This document shows, piece after piece, positions 17,836 to 27,903 of a stretch of DNA of 64,000 bases (position 1 is the stretch's first letter; each line of letters begins with the position of its first letter). The DNA is taken from positions 103,459 to 167,458 of the forward strand of contig CAZNNM010000004.1 of the NCBI GenBank assembly GCA_964574415.1, given 5' to 3'. The notes under the pieces were generated by a model that saw only the letters and a list, made by a program, of their open reading frames with translations, was not told the origin of the DNA and searched no databases. Position numbers and translations under genes: made by a program. This DNA is from an uncultured Rickettsiales bacterium. GTDB lineage: Bacteria; Pseudomonadota; Alphaproteobacteria; Rickettsiales; CAZNNM01.

Positions 17836-20241
17836 ATGCTGCTAAAGCTGAAAAAAACACGGGCAAGAAAGCAAGGTATTGGCGAACGGGATATGTCGGT
17901 TGCCGAATTTATTCCGTATAAATGCCATTGGAATAACCACACTATTCTTACCAAAAAGGATGAATTAATCCAGGTGATTAAAGTGGGTGGTTTCTCGTTT
18001 GAAACGGCCGATGATGAAGATGTGGACATCCGCAAAAGTATCCGTAACATTTTGTTCAAAGGGATGTCAGCGGGTACATTTGGGCTTTACTTCCACACTA
18101 TCCGCCGTCGCCAAGCGGTGTATGAGGAAGAAGATGTGGGCAATTTCCGCCGTGGCGGGTTTGCATCCTATCTGGAACAAGAGTGGCGCAAAAAACATAT
18201 TTCCCGTAAGGCGTTCGTGAATGAGCTTTATGTCAGCGTAATCCGTAAGGCGGATACAAAAGGTGCGGCGATTGTTGGGCATATGTTCAAGAAGCTGCAA
18301 GAAAAGACGGATAAAGCTAACTGGGAACTGAACATGCGCGAGGCGTATGAAGAGCTGGAGGAAATGACCGCTCGTATCATCACCACGCTGCGCGATTATA
18401 GTCCACAATTGCTGGGTACAACGGAAACGCGTTTTGGTACGCATTCCGAATTGCTACGTTTCTTGGCAACGCTGATCAATGGTGGTGCATCTGCGCCGGT
18501 GTTGGTGAGCGGGATGGATCTTTCGCATTATCTGCCATCGCAACGCCTCTATTTCGGCCATCGTGCGATTGAGATTCGTGGGCAGAAGGGTAGCCGTTAT
18601 GGCGGGATGGTAAGCGTCAAAGAATACGCGCCTTCGACCTCGGCAGGGATGCTCGATGGTTTCTTGCAATTGCCATTTGAATGCGTGATTTCGCAATCTT
18701 TCAATTTTGAAAACCGCCAAATCGCCATCGGGCAAATGCAACTGCAAAAAAACCGGATGATTCAAGCGGAAGATAAAGCGGTATCGCAAATCGTAGAGAT
18801 TGACCAAGCGCTTGATATGGCGATGAGCGGTGACATCGGTTTTGGTAAACATCACCTCACGGTGTTGTGTATTGAGAATACACCCAAGGCACTGGAAAAT
18901 GCGCTGTCTCTGGCCGTGGTAGAACTTGCCAATGGTGGTATCAACGGTATCCGCGAAAAAGTAAATATGGAGCCATGCTACTGGGCGCAATTGCCTGGTA
19001 ATAGTGATTTTGCGGCACGTAGTGCTACGATTAATACGCTCAATTTGGCGGCATTTGCATCCTTGCATAACTATCCGCCAGGCAAGCAACGTAATAACCA
19101 TTGGGGCGATGCGGTGACGGTGTTTGATACAACATCGGGCACGCCGTATTTCTTCAATTTCCATCTACGTGACGTAGGCCATACAACAATTATTGGGCCA
19201 ACCGGTGCTGGTAAAACCGTATTAATGAACTTCCTCTGTGCGCAGGCGCAGAAGTTTAACTGCCGTCTATTCTTCTTTGATAAGGATCGCGGTGCGGAGA
19301 TTTTCATCCGGTCGATTCGCGGTATTTATACGGTGATTGACCCCGGTAAAGCCTGTAACTTTAACCCATTACAGTTAGAAGATTCACCAGAAAACCGTAA
19401 CTTCCTTCTGGAGTGGATGAAGTTACTGGTAACCGTGAATGGCGAGCGTTTAAATGCGGATGAAATCGCGCTGCTGACGCAGGCGATTAATGGTAATTAT
19501 AAGCTTGATCAGGCTGACCGTCAGTTAAAGAACATTGCTCCATTCTTAGGCCTGGAAGGCCCTGGTTCATTGGCGGGACGTTTGGCGATGTGGCATAGCC
19601 ATGGTTCGCATGCGCGGATTTTTGATAACCCAACGGATAGCTTGAATTTCGATCTCTCCTCCACTTTCGGTTTTGAGATGGCGGAATTGCTGAAAGACCC
19701 TGCGGCACTTGGGCCAACACTGTCTTATCTCTTCCACCGCATCAACATCTCCCTCGACGGTACGCCAAGCATGATCGTACTTGATGAGGCGTGGGCGTTG
19801 ATTGATAATCCCGTATTCGCCCCGAAGATTAAAGACTGGCTGAAAGTATTACGTAAGCTGAATACTTTCGTGGTATTCGCGACGCAATCGGTAGAAGATG
19901 CGAGTAAGAGTGCGATTAGCGATACGCTGATTCAGCAAACCGCTACGCAAATCTTCTTGCCGAACTTGAAGGCGACGGATGTGTATCGTACAGCGTTTAT
20001 GCTCTCGCAACGTGAGCATACGCTCATTAAGACAACAGATCCTGGTAGCCGGTTCTTCCTGGTGAAACAGGGTACAGATGCTGTGATTGCGCGGGTGAAT
20101 TTAGCGGGGATGGATAATATTATCAATGTATTATCTGGACGTGCGGATACGGTATTGCTGCTAGATAAAATACGTGCAGAAGTTGGCGATGATCCAGATG
20201 ACTGGTTGCCGATTTTCTATGAACGTGTGAAGCAGTTATAG
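17836..20241 (+). CDS. virB4: Type IV secretion system ATPase VirB4
   Basis: 801 aa with Walker A GPTGAGKT, Walker B-like MIVLDEAW, and the FATQS motif typical of VirB4/CagE. Confidence 0.92.
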   Translation: MLLKLKKTRARKQGIGERDMSVAEFIPYKCHWNNHTILTKKDELIQVIKVGGFSFETADDEDVDIRKSIRNILFKGMSAGTFGLYFHTIRRRQAVYEEEDVGNFRRGGFASYLEQEWRKKHISRKAFVNELYVSVIRKADTKGAAIVGHMFKKLQEKTDKANWELNMREAYEELEEMTARIITTLRDYSPQLLGTTETRFGTHSELLRFLATLINGGASAPVLVSGMDLSHYLPSQRLYFGHRAIEIRGQKGSRYGGMVSVKEYAPSTSAGMLDGFLQLPFECVISQSFNFENRQIAIGQMQLQKNRMIQAEDKAVSQIVEIDQALDMAMSGDIGFGKHHLTVLCIENTPKALENALSLAVVELANGGINGIREKVNMEPCYWAQLPGNSDFAARSATINTLNLAAFASLHNYPPGKQRNNHWGDAVTVFDTTSGTPYFFNFHLRDVGHTTIIGPTGAGKTVLMNFLCAQAQKFNCRLFFFDKDRGAEIFIRSIRGIYTVIDPGKACNFNPLQLEDSPENRNFLLEWMKLLVTVNGERLNADEIALLTQAINGNYKLDQADRQLKNIAPFLGLEGPGSLAGRLAMWHSHGSHARIFDNPTDSLNFDLSSTFGFEMAELLKDPAALGPTLSYLFHRINISLDGTPSMIVLDEAWALIDNPVFAPKIKDWLKVLRKLNTFVVFATQSVEDASKSAISDTLIQQTATQIFLPNLKATDVYRTAFMLSQREHTLIKTTDPGSRFFLVKQGTDAVIARVNLAGMDNIINVLSGRADTVLLLDKIRAEVGDDPDDWLPIFYERVKQL

Positions 20242-20252
20242 GAGATTCCACC

Positions 20253-22961
20253 ATGCTGCGCAGTCGTTTCTTCTCCACCTTTATTCTCTCTGTGGTGTTG
20301 CTCTGTAGTTTTACTACAACAGCACGCAGCGATGACGAGTGGGAGACAGAACGCCAGCGTTTGGTGGATCAAACATTGCAGACATTACAGCAGCAGCAAA
20401 ATGCAACGGGTAGTCAGGTAGTTACCTTTGATACCCGCAATGGCTGTTTGCAAGGCACCTATGCGATAAAAGAGAATGCGGAAGAAAAGCCGTTCATATT
20501 GAAGCTAAAAAAAGGCATCAAGATGGTATGTCCACGAGATATGCTGTCGAGCTTAAATAATAATTACTGGTCTGAAGAAGCGGCCATACAAGCTAATATC
20601 ACCTGGGGTACAGACAGTACGCGTGATGATAAAATCGCGCTGGAATATGCTCCGTGTAAAAACCTGGCAATAAAAAATGCTGATGGCTCTATATCATGCG
20701 ATGCGGCAGGGGTAGAGGCGGGTGACCGATTCTTCCTGGGTAATGCGGAATGTAAAAAATACAGTGGTATTGAGTTCTGCGGTGAACGCCGTGGTAATAT
20801 GATATGTGCGTATATTCCATCGGGTGTGGGTATTATCGATATTGGCTGTATGGGTACCAAAAATACCAGCCAGTTAGCCAGCGCTAATCTGGCATGTTTT
20901 ATGCCAAAATTATGTAATGACGAATCAGCCTGGAAGGCAACGAAGAGCTTCTTCTCTGTATCAGGTACTATTGTACAATGTGTGGAAACAACGCTGAAAG
21001 CATTGTTCCTGGGTGAACATCCTTCGATGAATCCTGCATTGTCGCATGGTAATGAGGGTGATAACCGCGTTGTGTTCAATACACCAGCGGGTGGCGGGCC
21101 AGATTGCCCAGCAGTCAGCATGTTCGATAAAGTGAAGAACATGATGAAGAGCATCGCGATAGCTGCATTGATTCTGTATATCGTAGCATGGGGTTTAAAA
21201 GTCGCGACAAGCGGGCAGCTAGGTACACGTGGTGACTTTATCATGCGTGTTATTACGTTCGCGTTAGTATCATATTTTGCGATTGGAGATGGCTGGAAAG
21301 ATTACTATCCGCATCTGATGAATATCACCAACGGCCTTTCGCAGGCGATGGTGGATGCTGTGACGTTTGGCCAGCATAATGGCGAACGAACGGGCTATTG
21401 CGTCTTTGATCCGCAAACCTATCCAGCCGGCTATGAACATATGGCATTATGGGATACATTGGATTGTAAGATGCTGTCTTATATCCTATCCAATGGTGTT
21501 AATGGTGAGCAATATGCGCCGAAATTATTAGTGGTGGGGCTATTCTCTCTGCTGACCAACTTCTCAGGGATTTTGATTCTGATTTTCTGTGGTGTGCTAT
21601 TGGGTTACTTCATTGGTATGATGGTCACGGCCGTTGAGATTTATATTATGTCGATGATTGGGGTGGCGATTCTGGTATTCGTATCACCGTTATTTATCCC
21701 GATGATCTTATTCCCTTATACCAAAAAATACTTTGAAGCATGGCGTAAAGAGCTAATGTCGTTAACGCTCTATCCTGTGGTGATGATTGCGGCAATGATG
21801 ATTGTGTTGACCAGCTTTGACGTGTTCTATTATGGCGACCCACAAAAGAACGTCTTTACTGGCGAACCAAAACTGGCATTCCAAATGGGTGGTGATCAGC
21901 CGATTTGTGATACGGAAAGCTTCGGTTGCCAATTATACCGCGCTGATTTTGACCCATGGTGGGATAAAAACAAAGGTATTCCAGGTATTGGCTGGTTTAC
22001 TATCGACAACTTTGATTATAACGTAGTGCTATTAGCCTTGGTGAAAATCTGTCTGTTAGGGTATCTCTGGTTTATGTTCGTGCAGAATATCGGGGCATTC
22101 ATGGCTGACTTGTTAGGTAGCCAGCGTCTGGATCCATCCAATATTAAAGATGCGCTTTCCTCGGCGGCAGGTAATGGCAGTACGAATGCGGTTGATCGTG
22201 GCCGTAAAATCATGGGGGCATTTCCAGATAAAGTGGCTAATGCGAGTAAAACCAGTGCGAAATATGTGGTGGGCCGGATTGGCACAAAAACCGATAAGCC
22301 AGACAAGCCGGGCGGAGGTTCGGGAACAGGTACAGGTGGTACGGGCGGCTCAGGCAGTGGGGGCGGTGCAGCTCCAACTAAGGGGGGTGCTGGTACAGGT
22401 AATGCGGCGAACGCTACATCCGGTGGTAATACTGCGGGCAAGACTCCGCCTCCGGTGCCTCCATTCCCAGACCATTTGAAAGCAAAAAATAATGGTAAGG
22501 TTCCACCTCCGGTACCTCCATTCCCAGACCATTTGAAAGCAAAACGTAATAGTGCCGATACGCCAGTGCAACCGCCAAAACAAATGCCATATATTCCTGA
22601 CGATCCAATGAAAATGGCGAAAGAGAAAAAAGATAAGGCAAGAGAAGCTTTCAAGAAGCACCAAGAGGAGCGGGAAGGCGCTAAGTTTGGGCCAAGAAAT
22701 CAGAAGCCTGTGGTTCCACCAAGAGGTGATAGGCCTCAAGTAGGTGCAAAAGAGGACGATAAGGATAAGCCAAAAGATCCGTCATCTCCTCCACCATTGC
22801 CGCAAAAATCAGATGCTGTAAAGAATCAGGCGCCATTTGATAATAGCCCTGAGGCAACGGCGGCGCGTAGGGAGCGTATGGAAAAGCTGAAACATGGTTT
22901 ATCGAATGTGAAGCGTAATCCAACAGGAAATGGAACTCCGCCAAAGGATAGTGATGATTAA
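20253..22961 (+). CDS. virB6: VirB6/TrbL-family paralog 1 (RvhB6-like): Sec signal, Cys-rich N-domain, long Gly/Pro-rich C-terminal tail
   Basis: Signal-like N-terminus, polytopic TrbL-like core (AALILYIVAWGLKV...VFVSPLFIPMILFPYTKKYFEAWRKE), then a ~285-aa low-complexity tail. Confidence 0.8.
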   Translation: MLRSRFFSTFILSVVLLCSFTTTARSDDEWETERQRLVDQTLQTLQQQQNATGSQVVTFDTRNGCLQGTYAIKENAEEKPFILKLKKGIKMVCPRDMLSSLNNNYWSEEAAIQANITWGTDSTRDDKIALEYAPCKNLAIKNADGSISCDAAGVEAGDRFFLGNAECKKYSGIEFCGERRGNMICAYIPSGVGIIDIGCMGTKNTSQLASANLACFMPKLCNDESAWKATKSFFSVSGTIVQCVETTLKALFLGEHPSMNPALSHGNEGDNRVVFNTPAGGGPDCPAVSMFDKVKNMMKSIAIAALILYIVAWGLKVATSGQLGTRGDFIMRVITFALVSYFAIGDGWKDYYPHLMNITNGLSQAMVDAVTFGQHNGERTGYCVFDPQTYPAGYEHMALWDTLDCKMLSYILSNGVNGEQYAPKLLVVGLFSLLTNFSGILILIFCGVLLGYFIGMMVTAVEIYIMSMIGVAILVFVSPLFIPMILFPYTKKYFEAWRKELMSLTLYPVVMIAAMMIVLTSFDVFYYGDPQKNVFTGEPKLAFQMGGDQPICDTESFGCQLYRADFDPWWDKNKGIPGIGWFTIDNFDYNVVLLALVKICLLGYLWFMFVQNIGAFMADLLGSQRLDPSNIKDALSSAAGNGSTNAVDRGRKIMGAFPDKVANASKTSAKYVVGRIGTKTDKPDKPGGGSGTGTGGTGGSGSGGGAAPTKGGAGTGNAANATSGGNTAGKTPPPVPPFPDHLKAKNNGKVPPPVPPFPDHLKAKRNSADTPVQPPKQMPYIPDDPMKMAKEKKDKAREAFKKHQEEREGAKFGPRNQKPVVPPRGDRPQVGAKEDDKDKPKDPSSPPPLPQKSDAVKNQAPFDNSPEATAARRERMEKLKHGLSNVKRNPTGNGTPPKDSDD
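22446..22545 (+). repeat. Tandem 57-bp coding repeat (2 copies) encoding PPPVPPFPDHLKAK
   Basis: CC[GA]CCTCCGGT[GA]CCTCCATTCCCAGACCATTTGAAAGCAAAA occurs twice, 57 bp apart, in frame in the virB6 paralog 1 tail. Confidence 0.85.
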
Positions 22962-23037
22962 GTGATTGATATAAATGGAAGAAAAATTTAAAGAAACTTT
23001 AAAATTTGTGCAATGATTTACGGACTATAATAACCCT

Positions 23038-25197
23038 ATGTTACTGATACAAACCATTGGTATCCTGCTTTCTAGACTTGCTATCATTAGCAAGCTAAAA
23101 GCCTTGGGCGTGTCTGTGATATCGGCGATTCGTCATATTCTTACAGGCTTTGCGCTTATAAGCCTGGCGCTTTCAGTCGTTCCTGCCAATGCCTGGGCGG
23201 AAGCGCCAAGCGTTATGCCGGCGGTCTTCCCATCGCCATTTACAGGCAGTACGCCAACAAGTGAGATGTATACCGATTTAGGGGTATGTACAGATAAATC
23301 CTTATTGTCTATTTCTGAGATTGTCAGTGCGCTTGCTATTGCAGGGTTGCCTGGTTTGGTGATTGCGGCGATTCCCGTTGCGTTCTTAACCTTAATCAGC
23401 GTGTTCGTGATTGAGGGAACGCAAATTGCCTGCCCGCCGGGAGATCCTAATTATCCAGACCGTCCGACTTATTGGAATTCACCCGATACAAAAAATAAAA
23501 TCTTTGTGAGCTATGCGCCATGTACCTGGTTCCCTGTTGCTGTCACTGCTGAAGAGAAGGTGGAGCTTAATGAAAGTGGCTCTTTAAAATATCCAAGTGG
23601 CTATAAATGCCCTGTAGAGCGTTGGAGCGCTGATACATTCGCACTAACCTTAAACGCCGATGGTTCCGGCACTGAAAATTGGAGCCATGCTATTCCATTC
23701 GGTGTGAAGAAAGATGGCGATAAGATTTGTTTGGTGGTGAACTGGGCTATTGAGTTTAGATTAGGCTGCCAAGTATTGCCGCCATCTCCACCATTACCGC
23801 CAGTGCGCCTGCCATGCTTTATGCCGCAAGTATGTAGTGACAGGGCCGCCGTCTCAGAAAGTCAGTATCTCTTCTCCATTACAGGGAACGTAGTGCAATG
23901 TATTGAAGGTGCAGTGAATGCGATTTTGATTGATAGCCGTGTTTCTGGTGCTGATAGAAACTGCCCAGTCACCTCGCTTAGCCAAAACTTCCAGAATGTT
24001 ATGCAGAATACGGTAACGGCTGCATTGATACTCTATATCATGTTCTGGGGTATGAAGATCAGCTTCGGCCAAGGAAGCTTTATTGATTCCCGTGGAGAGA
24101 TATTTAAGAAGCTCATGGTATTTATTCTGGTGGGTTATTTTGCCGTAGGCGATGGTTGGGTGGCCTATTTACCGATGCTCAAAACCATTGGTAATGAGCT
24201 TGCCACAACGGTTCTATCCTCCAGCACGCAAAATTACTGTAACTTCCCAGCTAATGGTCTGCAATATAGTGATAACTATAAAACCATGCAGTTATGGGAT
24301 ACGCTGGATTGTAAGTTCTTAAGCTATATTTTCTCGGATCAAAACTATCCAAAAGCGCTGGCTGTCGGTGGCTATGCTTTCTTAGGTGGTGGTATATTGA
24401 TTCTGGTATTCGTGTTATTATTCATGATCTTCCTGCTTAATATCATGTTTATCGTGGTGGGAACCTATTTTGAATCGGTGATTGCGATTGCGTTATTGGT
24501 ATTCCTCTCTCCTCTGTTCGTGCCAGCTGCATTATTCCCGCAAACCAAGAAATATTTTGATGGCTGGTTAAGCGCGATATTTGGTTATATCTTGTATCCG
24601 GTGATCTTGTTTGCCTTTGTGGCATTAATGCTTAATAGCTTTGATGCGCTTTATTATGGTGATTCAACCAGTAGCGGTAAAAACAAATGGGTGTCGTCAG
24701 AGTCAACCGCAAGCAATAACCCGAATTGTTTAGCGCCAGGTGATCCACGTAAGGGAACACAAAGAGAGACATCTATTTGCAGTAATATCGGCCCGCGTTT
24801 CCAAGAAAAATGTATGATTGATGATAGGTTATACAATACGCATAGAGAGTGTATGAGTGGCTGCGAAGGGGGTGTCTGCTTCCCAGTATGTGATGAAACA
24901 ACCTTTGGGTGCCAGTTATACCGCGTACAATTCCGTAAGGATGATAACTCCTTAGGGGGTGTGCCAATGGTGACTCTCGATGAGACCTTCCGTATGGATT
25001 ATGCGTTATTATCCTTGCTGAAGGTTGCAGGTGTGGGAATGCTGTTCTTCTTCTTCATGAGCATTCTGGGCCCTGTGGTTGCTGAATTGACGGGTAGCCA
25101 TAAGACTGACTTGTCATCCAATTCGTCCGCTAAGTTTAATAATGTTGTGGGCGGTGTGGTTGCAAAAATCCAAAAAGCGGTTTCAGGGAAAGGGTAG
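23038..25197 (+). CDS. virB6: VirB6/TrbL-family paralog 2 (same subclass as paralog 1, no long tail)
   Basis: Shares CFMPQVCSD...ITGNVVQCIEGAV...AALILYIMFWGMK...LVFLSPLFVPAALFPQTKKYFDGW with paralog 1. Confidence 0.8.
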   Translation: MLLIQTIGILLSRLAIISKLKALGVSVISAIRHILTGFALISLALSVVPANAWAEAPSVMPAVFPSPFTGSTPTSEMYTDLGVCTDKSLLSISEIVSALAIAGLPGLVIAAIPVAFLTLISVFVIEGTQIACPPGDPNYPDRPTYWNSPDTKNKIFVSYAPCTWFPVAVTAEEKVELNESGSLKYPSGYKCPVERWSADTFALTLNADGSGTENWSHAIPFGVKKDGDKICLVVNWAIEFRLGCQVLPPSPPLPPVRLPCFMPQVCSDRAAVSESQYLFSITGNVVQCIEGAVNAILIDSRVSGADRNCPVTSLSQNFQNVMQNTVTAALILYIMFWGMKISFGQGSFIDSRGEIFKKLMVFILVGYFAVGDGWVAYLPMLKTIGNELATTVLSSSTQNYCNFPANGLQYSDNYKTMQLWDTLDCKFLSYIFSDQNYPKALAVGGYAFLGGGILILVFVLLFMIFLLNIMFIVVGTYFESVIAIALLVFLSPLFVPAALFPQTKKYFDGWLSAIFGYILYPVILFAFVALMLNSFDALYYGDSTSSGKNKWVSSESTASNNPNCLAPGDPRKGTQRETSICSNIGPRFQEKCMIDDRLYNTHRECMSGCEGGVCFPVCDETTFGCQLYRVQFRKDDNSLGGVPMVTLDETFRMDYALLSLLKVAGVGMLFFFFMSILGPVVAELTGSHKTDLSSNSSAKFNNVVGGVVAKIQKAVSGKG

Positions 25198-25202
25198 ATA
25201 GC

Positions 25203-27869
25203 GTGAGAAGAGTCTTACCATCGTTGCGTTCTTCTCTCCTGGCTCTCGTAGCAATAGGATTCCTATCCGCCTGCGGTCAAAGCCCGTGGGGGCCGCAATG
25301 CGTATTGCCTGCGGATGTGGCAACGGGTGGCGGTGGTTATGAATATATGGCCACCACAGAAGGCTGGGTGAATACCGGTATTTCTGTAATGAAGGATGAT
25401 ATGTTGGATGGGAAGGCTGTCGGCAAAATGCTGCTTTGCCCTGCAACAGGTTCTGCTACATCGATAGCAGTAGATTCACGGAATGAAAACTGGACGCCTG
25501 CTAATCTAAGCGTGCAACAGGGTGATACTTTATATCTGACGATTGGGGAACCAAATGCGGCTGATGGACCTGCTGGAAATAAATGGACACAGATAAATGA
25601 TGGGCCTGAGGCGTGGGATCCTATTAAGAAAATCGTTGGGAATGATGTATGCAGTGCAACAAATCTTGAGCCGTGCTGGAATATTTATGGTGATAATATC
25701 CGTGCGGGTGGTCGTGGTTTAGAGGTTCGGTTCGGAGGTGGGCAAACGCGTGCTGTTAATGAACCAAACGTAAGATTTAATGGTAATGTCGCCCTTGAGA
25801 ATGTGCCTGCGGGGAATGTAGAGTTGCGGGTTTATGATGCCCCTGGTTCTTATGGTGATAATCATGGTGGCTTTACGGTATCGGTAGAAAAAGTAAGCTG
25901 TAAACGCAAAGATGGCCAGAATTTGAGTATGCGTATCGTGCAAGCAGGTCAGAATGTTGCGGATGCAACAATTCAGAGACCCTTGTCGCCTGCATTCTCA
26001 TTATACCAAGTGCCGGTGGATGGTACGATTTGGTTGAAACTATCCGATACCAATGCGGATGGTGGCGATGGCATTTATAATAACAATACAGGTTCTTATA
26101 CGGTATCATTCACCAGTAAGATCCCGGATGATAGCCCAAAAACAACGGTTGTGAGTAAAGCGCTTAATACGGTCATCGTATTCCTGCAAGAAACCTTGCA
26201 AACAACCCAGCGCCTCTTCTTCACAGGGTTGTTGGGCGGTGATTTTGGTACGGCATTACGCGCGGCGTTAGTGCTATATATTATTTTCTATGCCATTGCC
26301 TTTACCTTTGGGATGATCCAATCACCACAAATTGATTTTATCAAACGTTTGGTGAAATTTGCCATCGTTGTGCAATTGCTCAATCCGAACATGGGTTGGA
26401 CATTCTTTAATGACCATTTATTCGTCGTCTTTAACCAAGGGCCGGCATGGTTGATTCATGTGTTTAATAACCTGGAGACGGGTACTATTCCGCCATTTAA
26501 TCCAAGTGATGGAATTAATTGGACATTCTTGGATAAGACGGTAGGGCAATTTATATCGCAATCCTTCTGGATTAAAATAAGCTCGCTGATTTTCTCTGGG
26601 CCTTTGGGGATTGTATATTTCTTTGGGCTTGTGATAGGGGCGGTAGTCTTTACCAAGGCGGTGCTGCATGCGATTTTGATTTATGTGATGTCATTACTCA
26701 CTATGACATTATTGATCGCGATTGCACCGTTATTCATTGCCTTTAGCTTGTTTAAACTGACGGAATCGCTGTTTGAATCCTGGTTGAAGACCTGCGTGGA
26801 ATATTTCTTACGCCCTGTATTTGCGTTTGCTGTACTCACCATCTTCAACTTCATTATGATTGCGTTGTTGATGCGTATCTTAAGTTTTGGCGCATGTTGG
26901 AAATGTATCCTATCCTTTGACTTGGGGATTTCGATTGTACCGAAGCTTTGCGTATTATATTTCTGGCAGCCAGAAGGTTATGATTCCTTATCGCCATTAC
27001 CAGGGGTGTATTTACCGATCAGCCTCTTTGAATTGTTGACCTATCTGGTAGTAGCGTTCTTAACAACGACGATGATCCGCTTCTCTGAAGCGCAAGTATC
27101 CGCTATTGCAGGTTCAACGCGTGGCTTTAGCCTAAGCGCCAAAGCTAAAGGCTTGGCAGATGATATGAAGAAACCGTTCTCAATGGATAAAGCTAGTGTA
27201 AAAGAGCGTAAAGATGCTGCAGATAAGAAAAAATCCCGTAAAGGTGGTTCAGGAGGTTCGGACGATAGTGGCTCTGATGGCAAAGGCGGTAGCGGTTCGG
27301 GTGGTTCGGGCGGTTCAGGAACTGGCGGAGGAGCTGGTGGCGGTGGTGGAGGTTCCGGCAGCGGTGGCTCAGGCGGTTCTGGTTCTGGCACGGGTGCAAC
27401 GGGTACTGGCGGCAGTGGTGCGGCTCCAGGTAATGCGAATAATGCTAAAGGTTCCCCACCTCCATTACCTCCAAAACCAGCGCATATGCGTTCGGCTCCG
27501 ATAAAACCAGGGGCTAAGCCTGGCCAGAAGAAGAATGACAATAAGCCTGGCCAAGGGAATGATGATAATAAACCTGGCATGAAGACAGATGTAAGCGGTA
27601 ATGGCGTGAAAGTAGTGAAGGGGCCAGAGGGCGTGAAGCCTGAGGCTAAAGTGGAAGTGAAACGCCCAACCGCCTTTGCTATACCAAAACCAGGTACTAG
27701 CACTAGCGGCGGCAGCGGTGATGCAAAGCAAAAACCGGTGGTTCCACCAAAACCAGCCAGTTTGACTAACCGTTCTCAATCGCCGGCGACAGATAATAAA
27801 GGTACTGGAGATGGTAAGCCTAAATCACCGCCTCCGGTTCCACCAAGACCTAACAAGCCAAGGAACTAA
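25203..27869 (+). CDS. virB6: VirB6/TrbL-family paralog 3: lipoprotein signal, ~330-aa N-domain, Gly/Pro-rich C-terminal tail (GTG start)
   Basis: Lipobox LSAC. Core LVLYIIFYAIAFTFGM...IAPLFIAFSLFKLTESLFESWLK. Tail with (GGS/GSG)n and PPPLPPKP / PPPVPPRP. Confidence 0.8.
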   Translation: MRRVLPSLRSSLLALVAIGFLSACGQSPWGPQCVLPADVATGGGGYEYMATTEGWVNTGISVMKDDMLDGKAVGKMLLCPATGSATSIAVDSRNENWTPANLSVQQGDTLYLTIGEPNAADGPAGNKWTQINDGPEAWDPIKKIVGNDVCSATNLEPCWNIYGDNIRAGGRGLEVRFGGGQTRAVNEPNVRFNGNVALENVPAGNVELRVYDAPGSYGDNHGGFTVSVEKVSCKRKDGQNLSMRIVQAGQNVADATIQRPLSPAFSLYQVPVDGTIWLKLSDTNADGGDGIYNNNTGSYTVSFTSKIPDDSPKTTVVSKALNTVIVFLQETLQTTQRLFFTGLLGGDFGTALRAALVLYIIFYAIAFTFGMIQSPQIDFIKRLVKFAIVVQLLNPNMGWTFFNDHLFVVFNQGPAWLIHVFNNLETGTIPPFNPSDGINWTFLDKTVGQFISQSFWIKISSLIFSGPLGIVYFFGLVIGAVVFTKAVLHAILIYVMSLLTMTLLIAIAPLFIAFSLFKLTESLFESWLKTCVEYFLRPVFAFAVLTIFNFIMIALLMRILSFGACWKCILSFDLGISIVPKLCVLYFWQPEGYDSLSPLPGVYLPISLFELLTYLVVAFLTTTMIRFSEAQVSAIAGSTRGFSLSAKAKGLADDMKKPFSMDKASVKERKDAADKKKSRKGGSGGSDDSGSDGKGGSGSGGSGGSGTGGGAGGGGGGSGSGGSGGSGSGTGATGTGGSGAAPGNANNAKGSPPPLPPKPAHMRSAPIKPGAKPGQKKNDNKPGQGNDDNKPGMKTDVSGNGVKVVKGPEGVKPEAKVEVKRPTAFAIPKPGTSTSGGSGDAKQKPVVPPKPASLTNRSQSPATDNKGTGDGKPKSPPPVPPRPNKPRN

Positions 27870-27903
27870 CAGGGATTAGGATAGACGACAGAATATAAGG
27901 TTT

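Noticed and set aside
18454-19164. 236-aa and 226-aa ORFs antisense to virB4 (18454..19164) and virB6 paralog 1 (20564..21244)
   Set aside because: They are fully embedded opposite strongly supported genes. Their products are Arg/Cys/His-rich with unnatural composition and no motifs.
22016-22654. Long antisense and alternative-frame ORFs over the VirB6 tails (22016..22654, 22350..22739, 27041..27703, 27465..27779, 32570..32878, 32586..33158, 32605..33186)
   Set aside because: They lie in Gly/Pro/Lys-Asp low-complexity coding DNA, where stop codons are rare in all frames. Their products are mirror-image low-complexity strings. The sense frame is continuous with a recognisable VirB6 core.
22720-22735. 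RGD tripeptide in the VirB6 paralog 1 tail (PPRGDRP) as an integrin-binding motif
   Set aside because: A single tripeptide in a low-complexity region is expected by chance. It is not repeated in the other tails, unlike the PPP[VL]PP / PVVPP[RK] motifs.
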